DNA from: an uncultured Rickettsiales bacterium
Lineage (GTDB): Bacteria; Pseudomonadota; Alphaproteobacteria; Rickettsiales; CAIJLX01
Reading direction: 5' to 3'
DNA: 59,703 bases
Assembly: GCA_964414595.1 (NCBI GenBank)
Contig: CAYPXJ010000001.1
Location: 53,443 to 113,145, forward strand
This document shows, piece after piece, positions 31,546-39,660 of the stretch (within the stretch, counting starts at the first letter, position 1; the number at the start of each line of letters is the position of its first letter). The translations under genes were made by a program, and so were the position numbers. The notes beneath the pieces were generated by a model. The model had not been told where the DNA came from and made no database searches. It was given only the letters and a program-made list of their open reading frames with translations.

Positions 31546-32307
31546 CTAACGGCGGTCGCCCATCAAACGCAGCAGGTTAATCATCAGATAGATGAAATCC
31601 ATGTACAGCTGCAGCGCGCCGTAAATGCCGGCTTTCGCCTGCATCTCACCGCTCAGTTGGTAATAGGTTTGCTTGATGCGCTGGGTATCGTATGCCGTAA
31701 GGCCGATCGCGAGCACTACGCCAATCATCGACATCGCAAATTCCAAACCTGAACTTTTCAGGAAGATATTCACAATGCTTGCGACAATCATGGCGAGCAA
31801 ACCGGCAAACAGGAACGCACCCATACCGGAAAGATCGCGCTTCGTCGTGTAGCCGTAAAGGCTAAGCGCACCGAAAGCCGCGGCTGTAATCAGGAATACG
31901 CGCACAACGCTCGCACCCGTATAAGCCAGCAGATACACCGAAAGGCTCACGCCCATCAGCGCCGCAAAACCCCAAAATGCCATCTGCACCGAAGCAAGCG
32001 ACATCTTGTGAATGCGAAATGACAGTGTGAGTACGAAGATAATCGGCGCGAAAGCAAGCAGCAGCGCCGTAATCTGGTTACCAAACAGCGTTTGCACCAG
32101 CGCCGGGCTGGAAGCAACGAGGTATGCAATCACCCCCGAAACGGCCAAACCGCCCGCCATATAATTATACACCCGCAGCATGTAGCTGCGCAGCCCTTGG
32201 TCATAACTGACCGCCTCATCGGCATGGGTTGCGGCCCGTACAGCGGCCTGGTTTCTTTTACGTAAATCAGCCATTCTCATCTCCTTTGTTAAATCTAAAT
32301 AATTCAA
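31546..32307 (-). CDS. Bax inhibitor-1/YccA family inner-membrane protein
   Basis: 253 aa with 7 predicted hydrophobic segments. The N-terminal LRSYMLRVYNYM and C-terminal GALQLYLDFINL-like tail are typical of the family. Confidence 0.85.
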   Translation of the reverse strand: MNYLDLTKEMRMADLRKRNQAAVRAATHADEAVSYDQGLRSYMLRVYNYMAGGLAVSGVIAYLVASSPALVQTLFGNQITALLLAFAPIIFVLTLSFRIHKMSLASVQMAFWGFAALMGVSLSVYLLAYTGASVVRVFLITAAAFGALSLYGYTTKRDLSGMGAFLFAGLLAMIVASIVNIFLKSSGLEFAMSMIGVVLAIGLTAYDTQRIKQTYYQLSGEMQAKAGIYGALQLYMDFIYLMINLLRLMGDRR

Positions 32308-32519
32308 TTACTTAAGCAAATTGCTCAACTATCAATATAGGGCCCCTTACCCCCCATTTCAATAGAAACCGGACATAGCAATGTCCGATTTTTCCGTTCT
32401 AAAATAACTGGCTGAAATTTAAGCTAAATTGATTTGCACTATTTCCATTGCATTAACAGTTTCTTAAGGTTTTTAGGGTTTAATGAGAGGCGTAGGAGAA
32501 GATCTGAGGAGTTAGAGGA

Positions 32520-34772
32520 GTGACTATTTCTGATCACAATATTCCACCGTCTGGCGTAAATAAGCCGGAAAACCAAGGTGCACGCCCAGCGTCCGCGCCG
32601 CAAGGCGGAGCGTCGTCTGCTAATTCTCCAAAAAATAATAGTAACGGACACGCGCAGGGCGATAATTTCAGTTCTGATTTTGTTTTCGGCACCAGCAGTT
32701 TTCCAATGTCCGGCAGTACTGACGCACCAAAACCTAAGGAACCGGAAGTTGAAATCCTCGCGCCGGAAGACCTAGAGCCGGAAAAACCGCAAGCCGAACC
32801 CTATAATCCCGAAGAACACGAAACGCACGATATCGCGTCTTATAAATTTGATGAGGATAATATCGTCTATGCGGATCAGAGCCATCGCCAGGCCGCAAAA
32901 GAAGCGGGCGGCAAGAAAGCGGAAAAGCAGCGCGATAAAAACGTAAAAGACGAAGATAGATTCGGCAAATCAAGCCAGAAAGAAAAAACGGTCAAAGCAT
33001 CAGAAATGATGAATAAAAACCGTAACCAGGTTTCCACCGACGTACAGGATTCAAGCCGCCCCTTACGTATCGGTGAAAAACTGGTGCAAAAAGGTCTTAT
33101 CTCACCAGACCAACTTGAAATCGCACTCAAAACGCAGCGCAGCTTGCATTCCAGCCAAAGCAAAATGCTGGGTTCGATTCTCGTGGAGATGGGTTTTATC
33201 ACCGAAAGCGCGCTGGGTGAAGTGCTCGCCGAATCGACCGGCGTTATTAAATTCGATCCGAAATCAACGGTACTCGATTCCAACCTGATTCGTCAGGTGC
33301 CGAAAGAAACCTGCTTACGCCATAAAGTGGTGCCGGTACTTTTGGACGGTGAATCGATTTATCTCGCGATGGTGGATATTTATAACGTGCTCGCGATCGA
33401 CCAGATTCAACGTATCTTCCCCAAAAACTATAAGATTGTACCCGTCTATTGCGGCGAATCGCAAATTCTTGAGATTATCGATCAGTATTACGATTACGAA
33501 ATGTCGGTCGATGGTATTTTGCGCGAAATCGAAACCGGCGAACGCGATCCAAAAGCGCTGGCAAGCGGCGATGCCTATATTAACCCGACCGTCCGTTTGG
33601 TGGATTCGATTCTGGCCGACGCGGTGAAGCGCGGCGCTTCGGACTTGCACTTCGAACCGGAAGATAACTTCCTGCGCCTGCGTTACCGTATCGACGGTAA
33701 ATTGCAGCAGATTCGCAGCTTCCACAAAGATTATTGGCCTTCCATCGCGGTACGTATCAAAATTATTTCCGGCATGAACATCGCGGAAACGCGTTTGCCG
33801 CAGGATGGTCGTATCACCATGAACGTACTCGGCCGTAACGTCGATTTCCGTGTGGCGTCGCAACCCACGATTCACGGTGAAAACTTCGTACTTCGTATTT
33901 TGGATAGAAAAGCCGATACGGTTGAACTCAATAAACTTGGCTTCAATGCGGAAAAAGAGCGCCTGCTCAAAAACCTGATTAAACGCCCGGAAGGCGTGGT
34001 GGTGATCACCGGCCCGACAGGTAGCGGTAAAACCACAACGCTTTATTCGATTCTGCACCACCTGAATACGATTGATGTGAACATCATGACGCTCGAAAAC
34101 CCGGTGGAATTTCAGATGTCGATGGTGCGCCAATCGCAAATTAACCCGAATTACGGGATGGATTTTGGCTCGGGTATTAAATCGATTATGCGTCAAGACC
34201 CGGATATCATCCTGGTCGGTGAGGTGCGTGACGAAGAATCGGCGCAGATGGCGCTGCGTGCCGCAATGACCGGTCACCAAGTATATACCACGCTGCACAC
34301 GAACGATGCGCTCGGTGCGATTCCGCGTCTGATCGATATTGGTATCAAACCGGCGATGCTTTCCGGCGCATTGATTTGTTGTATGGCGCAGCGTCTAGGC
34401 CGCCGCCTGTGCGATTGCGCCGAAACGCGCGAAGCATCGGAATACGAATCGCGCATTCTGGGCGTTGATCCGCATAATGCGCCACAACTGCGTTATCCGG
34501 TGGGCTGCGAGCGTTGTAACAATACAGGTTATAAAGGCCGTGTGGCGATTGTGGAACTTCTGCCTATCGACCGTGAACTTGATGATATGATTGCGAAGAA
34601 TATGTCGCGCAAAGATATGATGGACTACGCACTTTCCCAAGGTTTCACGCCGATGATGGAAGACGGTATTGCCAAAGTACTGCAAGGCACAACCTCTCTG
34701 GAAGAACTGATTGAAACGATCGACCTTACCGACCGCATCATCGCGGTAGAAAAAGAGCTAGGGATGAAGTAA
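32520..34772 (+). CDS. GspE/PilB-family secretion/pilus assembly ATPase with a ~180-aa low-complexity N-terminal extension
   Basis: T2SSE_N/MshEN-like segment (RIGEKLVQKGLISPDQLEIALKTQ...), Walker A GPTGSGKTTT, Asp/His boxes (IMRQDPDIILVGEVRD, GHQVYTTLHTND) and a tetracysteine cluster (CDC...CERC). GTG start with a GAGGAG RBS. Confidence 0.9.
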   Translation: MTISDHNIPPSGVNKPENQGARPASAPQGGASSANSPKNNSNGHAQGDNFSSDFVFGTSSFPMSGSTDAPKPKEPEVEILAPEDLEPEKPQAEPYNPEEHETHDIASYKFDEDNIVYADQSHRQAAKEAGGKKAEKQRDKNVKDEDRFGKSSQKEKTVKASEMMNKNRNQVSTDVQDSSRPLRIGEKLVQKGLISPDQLEIALKTQRSLHSSQSKMLGSILVEMGFITESALGEVLAESTGVIKFDPKSTVLDSNLIRQVPKETCLRHKVVPVLLDGESIYLAMVDIYNVLAIDQIQRIFPKNYKIVPVYCGESQILEIIDQYYDYEMSVDGILREIETGERDPKALASGDAYINPTVRLVDSILADAVKRGASDLHFEPEDNFLRLRYRIDGKLQQIRSFHKDYWPSIAVRIKIISGMNIAETRLPQDGRITMNVLGRNVDFRVASQPTIHGENFVLRILDRKADTVELNKLGFNAEKERLLKNLIKRPEGVVVITGPTGSGKTTTLYSILHHLNTIDVNIMTLENPVEFQMSMVRQSQINPNYGMDFGSGIKSIMRQDPDIILVGEVRDEESAQMALRAAMTGHQVYTTLHTNDALGAIPRLIDIGIKPAMLSGALICCMAQRLGRRLCDCAETREASEYESRILGVDPHNAPQLRYPVGCERCNNTGYKGRVAIVELLPIDRELDDMIAKNMSRKDMMDYALSQGFTPMMEDGIAKVLQGTTSLEELIETIDLTDRIIAVEKELGMK

Positions 34773-34785
34773 AATTACTTCATCC

Positions 34786-35991
34786 ATGCCCTCATACACA
34801 TACAAAGCCATAAACGCGCGCGGGTCTAAAATTAAAGGCACGATGACGGCCGATAACCCGATTGAATTGGAAACCAAAATTGCCAAGCTCGGGCTCGATT
34901 TATTAAACTTCAAGGAAGTGAAGCAGAAAACCATGCTGCCCTTCCTGGGCCGCATCAAGCCTAAAGAACTCATTATGTTCTGTATTCATATGGAACAGTT
35001 GGAAAAGGCGGGCGTGCCGATTCTCGATGCGGTTGCTGACATGCGCGACACCAGCGATAATATGAAAATGCAGGATGTCATGGGCAAAATCCATGAATCG
35101 CTCAAAGGCGGTAAACTTTTATCGGAAGCGCTGGGCGAACATCCGCGCGTCTTTGACGATACATTCGTGGGGCTTATTGCCGCTGGCGAGCGCACGGGTG
35201 ATATGGCCGCTTCCTTCGGCCACCTCGCGCACCACCTTAAATGGCAGGAAGATTTGAAGCGTAAGGTTAAAAAAGCCACGCGTTACCCCATCATTCTTAT
35301 TTTCATTCTCTCGGGCGTAATCTCGCTGATGATGATGTTTGTCGTGCCGAAAATGTCGGACTTCCTTAAAAACCAGGGCTTCGATCTACCTTTCTACACC
35401 ATCTGGCTAATTGCGGTTTCGGATGCGTTTGTGAATTATTGGTATTTGATGTTCGGCGTTCCCATCGCGTTGTTTATTTTGGTCACGTTCCTTTACCGTG
35501 TCAGCGATGACTTTGCATACAATATGGATGCCATCGTATTGAAAATTCCCAAAATTGGCGAAGTGATGCGTAAAATTGAGCTATCGCGGTTTTCACAATT
35601 CTTCATGGTGACTTTCGTTAGCGGTATCGACATGATCGAATGTATGGAAACCTCGGAACGCGTGGTGCATAACCGTGTCGTGAAAGAGGCAATTTTCCTT
35701 GCGAAACAAGCCGTTTCTGAAGGTAATCAGCTAACCGACGCGCTGCGGATCTCCAACCAGTTTCCAAACCTGGTGATTCGCATGTTTAAAGTGGGCGAAG
35801 ATTCGGGCGAAATGCAGAACGCCCTGGAAAATATCAGCTTCTTTTATGACCGCGAAGTCAATGATGCCGTGGATGCCATGGTGGAAATGATTCAGCCGAC
35901 CATGACAGTGGTTTTGGGCGGCATTATGTTTTGGATTATCGTTGCCGTATTCGGCCCGCTCTACGCAAGCTTCGAAAAGATTAAATTTTAG
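34786..35991 (+). CDS. GspF/PilC-family inner-membrane platform protein
   Basis: 401 aa with two repeated T2SSF domains (MLEAGVPIL-like LEKAGVPILDAV; GEDSGEMQNALENISFFYD) and three hydrophobic segments. Confidence 0.9.
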   Translation: MPSYTYKAINARGSKIKGTMTADNPIELETKIAKLGLDLLNFKEVKQKTMLPFLGRIKPKELIMFCIHMEQLEKAGVPILDAVADMRDTSDNMKMQDVMGKIHESLKGGKLLSEALGEHPRVFDDTFVGLIAAGERTGDMAASFGHLAHHLKWQEDLKRKVKKATRYPIILIFILSGVISLMMMFVVPKMSDFLKNQGFDLPFYTIWLIAVSDAFVNYWYLMFGVPIALFILVTFLYRVSDDFAYNMDAIVLKIPKIGEVMRKIELSRFSQFFMVTFVSGIDMIECMETSERVVHNRVVKEAIFLAKQAVSEGNQLTDALRISNQFPNLVIRMFKVGEDSGEMQNALENISFFYDREVNDAVDAMVEMIQPTMTVVLGGIMFWIIVAVFGPLYASFEKIKF

Positions 35992-36258
35992 GTCCTGCAG
36001 ACATTCATTTCGCCTTTTTCGCGGTATGCAGATATGTCCGTCCGCTAGGCGAACCGTGCAGAGCGTAGTGGGGCCTACGAACAAGCGGTTCAACGACGCG
36101 GGCGAACATATCTGCACCGCCCTCTGGGTTTGGCCGAAAAGACGGATTGCTACGTTAAAAGCCTTGGAAATATGCGCGGCTATTCCACGCAGCTTTTTCC
36201 TTGCACTCTGTCTTTTCGGCTGCAAATGAAAAAAGGTGAAATGAATATCTGCAGGACC
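35991..36258. repeat. 268-bp element with ~30-bp imperfect terminal inverted repeats and nested internal stems (MITE-like element or structured RNA; identity unknown)
   Basis: IR-L 35991-36020 (ggtcctgcagacattcatttcgcctttttc) matches the reverse complement of IR-R 36228-36258 at 28/30 positions. Internal stems pair 36027-36045 with 36098-36116 (16/19), and 36133-36145 with 36208-36220 (13 bp including one G-T). Confidence 0.7.
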
Positions 36259-36333
36259 TCGCGAAAATTCCTTTTCGAATCCCACGTGCTATACTATGGT
36301 ACGTGACGGATGAGGTGGGTGTAGCTAGCACGT

Positions 36334-37983
36334 ATGGCAAATATCGGGCTGAAATCGCGCAAATTCGTAATTAACGTAGGGGACGAAGGCGCTGTCGTCG
36401 TCTATTGGGACGGCAAGGCAATCGCCGGTCGTTACTTCTATGCCTCGCCCAGTAATGACGAATTCAAAAAAGTCATTATGTCGGACCCCCAGGCGAGCGT
36501 GTATCTGCTCGCGGATACGGTCGATCAAACTTTTAACCAACAAGTCTTGCCGCCGGTTAGCTCGCTGACAATCGGTGACATGGTGCGCCGCCGCCTGAAA
36601 AAAGAATTCGGGGAAAAAGATATTTCCACCGCGCGCCAGATTAGCCGCAATAAAACGGGCCGCAAAGATTGGAATTACACCTTCATCTCCATACGTAACG
36701 AAGGTCCCTTCGCGGAATGGTTGGATGCGTTCAAGGATTTGCCAAACCGCCTGGCAAGCATTCATTCGCTGCCTATTGAAACGGAATCTTTTGTAAAATC
36801 ACTGCGTGGCAGTATGAAATCCGGCAATGGCACGAAAAGCCGTTGGGAACTGCTTGTCACGCACAACAAAGTTGGCGGTTTTCGCCAAACGGTTTTCAAA
36901 GATGGCAAACTGGTATTCACACGTATCGCGCAACCTGTGGGTGGCAACGCACCAGCCGTAATCGCCGGAAACATTGAACAGGAAACCATCAACACGATGG
37001 AATTCATTCGCCGGTTCGAATTCAATCCGCAAGAGACGCTGGATATTTACATCATCACCAGCGCGGAAGTGAAAAAAGAATTGGAAACCGCGAAGCTCGC
37101 GGAACGCCGCGCGACCGTGCTTACGCCTTTCGAAGTTGCCGGAATGTTAGGCCTTGCGGGCTCTGCGCAGGAAAAAGATCGTTTTGCCGATGTTGTACTT
37201 GCCGCACATTTCATCAAAGCCAATAAAGCGGTTATCAAATTCGCTACCCCCGTTATTCAACAAGTTAACCAATATTTTTTCCTCTCGCTGGCCGCTCGGG
37301 CTATCGCCATTGTGGCCGTGCCCGCCGCCATTGTTTACGGCATTCTGCTTTATACAGATATTTCCGCGCTGCAAGTGGCGCTGAACCGCGCTAAATCCCA
37401 GCTCGCGGAAGCCAAACGCACACAGGCGGAAGTTGAGCAGAAACATGCGGCCAATGCGGAACGCGGTCAGGTGGTGCTTGGCCTCATTCAGGTGATGAGC
37501 AGCCTCGAAAAAACACAGGTAAATCCGCTGGAGTTTTTCAGCATGCTCGGTGGAGTAAAAGGTGAAAAACTTTGGGTGCGCGATGCGAATGTGCAAATCG
37601 TTTCCGCCTTACAAAACGCAACGCTGAAAGCGCCCGAAATTCGCGCCAATATTGCCATGGATTATTACAATGCACCCCTGCGCATTGAGGAACAGATTTT
37701 TGAAAATCAGCAGATTGAGCGCAGCTTCAAAAACCAATTTCCCGAACAGGAGATTGTATTTTCTGGCTTTGCAAACCGCGCCAATATTGAGTTGAGCATC
37801 GATACCGCAAAAGCGCCCGAGCCAAACCAAGTCAACAAAGTTACGGTAACCATTAACGGCCCACTGCCCTTACCTTCGCCTGAGCCTGCAATTAAAACTA
37901 CGCCGGAAATTGGCGCACCGACAGCACCCCTCGCGCCAACGGTTCCAATAGCCCCTGCAACAACACCTGTGAAACCTCATTAA
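36334..37983 (+). CDS. Bitopic membrane protein, GspL / PilM-PilN-fusion (MshI)-like assembly component (tentative)
   Basis: 549 aa: a ~310-aa cytoplasmic N-domain, one TM (aa ~314-340, YFFLSLAARAIAIVAVPAAIVYGILLY), a coiled coil, a periplasmic domain and a Pro-rich tail. The assignment rests on architecture and position after the pilB/pilC-like genes only. Confidence 0.45.
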   Translation: MANIGLKSRKFVINVGDEGAVVVYWDGKAIAGRYFYASPSNDEFKKVIMSDPQASVYLLADTVDQTFNQQVLPPVSSLTIGDMVRRRLKKEFGEKDISTARQISRNKTGRKDWNYTFISIRNEGPFAEWLDAFKDLPNRLASIHSLPIETESFVKSLRGSMKSGNGTKSRWELLVTHNKVGGFRQTVFKDGKLVFTRIAQPVGGNAPAVIAGNIEQETINTMEFIRRFEFNPQETLDIYIITSAEVKKELETAKLAERRATVLTPFEVAGMLGLAGSAQEKDRFADVVLAAHFIKANKAVIKFATPVIQQVNQYFFLSLAARAIAIVAVPAAIVYGILLYTDISALQVALNRAKSQLAEAKRTQAEVEQKHAANAERGQVVLGLIQVMSSLEKTQVNPLEFFSMLGGVKGEKLWVRDANVQIVSALQNATLKAPEIRANIAMDYYNAPLRIEEQIFENQQIERSFKNQFPEQEIVFSGFANRANIELSIDTAKAPEPNQVNKVTVTINGPLPLPSPEPAIKTTPEIGAPTAPLAPTVPIAPATTPVKPH

Positions 37984-37985
37984 CC

Positions 37986-38621
37986 ATGCGCATTCAACAA
38001 ATCAAAAAAACGCTGATTCGTGATTTGGGCATCGCCTTGGGTGTGGTGCTGGTGTTGGGCGGCATACTTTTTTACATCCTTTCCATTCGCAACGAGATGC
38101 GCGAAACGGAGGCAAAAACCAAACGCGAGGTGCAGCTGGCGCAAAACCGCATCACCACACTTGAAGCGGAAAATAAGCAGTTTCTGGAAGCTTTCGAAAC
38201 CTACGACAAAATCCCGCAAAATAAATTGGCGTATGATCTCGAAGAAACGACCTTACGCTCGGAAACGTTGCGCCCGATTATCACTGATTTATCGCGGCGC
38301 TACCGCTTGCAGAATGTACAGGTTGTGCTGAAGCAGGGGGTAAAATTGGGGCCTGCATTTACCAGCCGTACCGTCTCTTCTTACTCGGGTAGTTTGGAAA
38401 TGAAATTTGACGCCATGACCGATGAAATGGTGCTTTCTTTCATTGATTCCTTCCAGCAAGTCATGCCTGGCTTTATCAATCTTCAGTCGCTGAAAATGAC
38501 AAAAACAGCGGAAATTACCGCCGCCACATTCCAACAGGTACAAAATCAGCAAACGCCGGCGCTTGTGAAAGTCGAACTGGTGATGAACTGGGTCACCTTA
38601 AAAGAAGAGGCGCGCCGATGA
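37986..38621 (+). CDS. Bitopic membrane protein, PilO/GspM-like (tentative)
   Basis: 211 aa: N-terminal TM (LGIALGVVLVLGGILFYILSI), a coiled coil and a ~120-aa periplasmic domain. It starts 3 nt after the previous gene. Confidence 0.4.
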   Translation: MRIQQIKKTLIRDLGIALGVVLVLGGILFYILSIRNEMRETEAKTKREVQLAQNRITTLEAENKQFLEAFETYDKIPQNKLAYDLEETTLRSETLRPIITDLSRRYRLQNVQVVLKQGVKLGPAFTSRTVSSYSGSLEMKFDAMTDEMVLSFIDSFQQVMPGFINLQSLKMTKTAEITAATFQQVQNQQTPALVKVELVMNWVTLKEEARR

Positions 38622-39646
38622 TACGTTTCGCACTCTTCGTTTTTATTAGTCTTTTTGTAACGCAGGTTTTTGCGCAGACGCCCCCCACAAAAAATCCCAT
38701 TTTGCAAAATCTGCCTAAAGATATTGTGCCGAATGTGGATATTCGTCAGCTTCCTTCCAGCGTACCTTCGTTTGAAGATTTGAAAATACGCTTCGCCAAT
38801 AATTTGGCGTTTAACGGCAGCAATTTCGAAGCCTTGCCGTGGCAGGGTTCGGTCATGTTCCGCGACGAAGATCTCACCGCATTGTATGAAGCCGTTAAAA
38901 AGCAACTTCCTTTCAGTGCTTCGCAAGGCGAAGTGGGTATTGAAGTGGTAACGCCGAGCGTCGCACCCGCGTTCTACCTTAATTCCGTGTTATATAATTC
39001 ACCAAAAAACTGGACTATCTGGCTTAACAACCGCCGTATTCGCGCCGGCGCGAAATTTCCAAAACTCGAGATCAGCCGCATTAAGGCGGACAAAGTTGAG
39101 TTTATTTGGGAAACGGCTGATATCGATTTTATCTCGCCGGGCTGGGCAGAAAAAGTTCCCTCCATCCCTACCAAACAGCGCAAAGCCTATGGTAAATGGG
39201 CCTATAAATCTCCCGCCGGTGATATTTTCGTGGATGAAACCAAACAATTCGTGCGCTTTATATTAAGCCCGCACCAAACGTTTGTTTCGCGCACCATGCG
39301 TATCGCAGAAGGCCGTCATAAGAGCACGTTCCTGCAACAAGTCACCAACGGCCAGCCGCAACTCACTACCGCACCCAATACCGGACCGAATACGCTTGGC
39401 GTCGGCGAGCCAATGCAACTTCCTGCAACGAGTCTGCCCGCTCAGCCGGGCGCGGGAAGCCCGGCATCGATCGGCGTTCCCGCAGCCGCCCCTGCCGCAG
39501 CACGCGTGGCAACGCCAGCAGGCATGCCCGCGACAACCGCGCTACCGCCGGTGACACCGCTTCCGCCCGTTCCAAATATGCCTGCAACACCTGCTCCTAC
39601 CCCTAACCTCGCGCCGCCGGCGATGCCGCCAGCGGGCAATTTTTAA
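38618..39646 (+). CDS. Secreted/periplasmic protein, PilP / GspC-HR-like core plus a ~100-aa Pro/Ala-rich tail (tentative)
   Basis: Signal peptide MIRFALFVFISLFVTQVFAQ. The segment FYLNSVLYNSPKNWTIWLNNRRIRAGAKFPKLEISRIKADKVEFIW resembles the small beta-domain pattern of PilP/GspC. ATGA overlap with the previous gene. Confidence 0.4.
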   Translation: MIRFALFVFISLFVTQVFAQTPPTKNPILQNLPKDIVPNVDIRQLPSSVPSFEDLKIRFANNLAFNGSNFEALPWQGSVMFRDEDLTALYEAVKKQLPFSASQGEVGIEVVTPSVAPAFYLNSVLYNSPKNWTIWLNNRRIRAGAKFPKLEISRIKADKVEFIWETADIDFISPGWAEKVPSIPTKQRKAYGKWAYKSPAGDIFVDETKQFVRFILSPHQTFVSRTMRIAEGRHKSTFLQQVTNGQPQLTTAPNTGPNTLGVGEPMQLPATSLPAQPGAGSPASIGVPAAAPAAARVATPAGMPATTALPPVTPLPPVPNMPATPAPTPNLAPPAMPPAGNF

Positions 39647-39660
39647 CCCGGTAAATTTTC

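Noticed and set aside
33315-34298. 327-aa antisense ORF inside the pilB-like gene. Similar long shadow ORFs occur at 56875..58143 (in maeB), 21375..22581 (in guaB), 12470..13105, 5794..6306 and 40829..41215.
   Set aside because: They lie fully within strongly supported genes on the opposite strand. Their composition is Arg/His/Phe-rich and low-complexity, as is typical of antisense frames. They have no RBS or recognisable domains.
35731-36285. 184-aa minus-strand ORF spanning the pilC-like 3' end and the inverted-repeat element
   Set aside because: It overlaps a confident plus-strand gene, and the rest is palindromic DNA that stays open in both directions by symmetry. There is no coding evidence.
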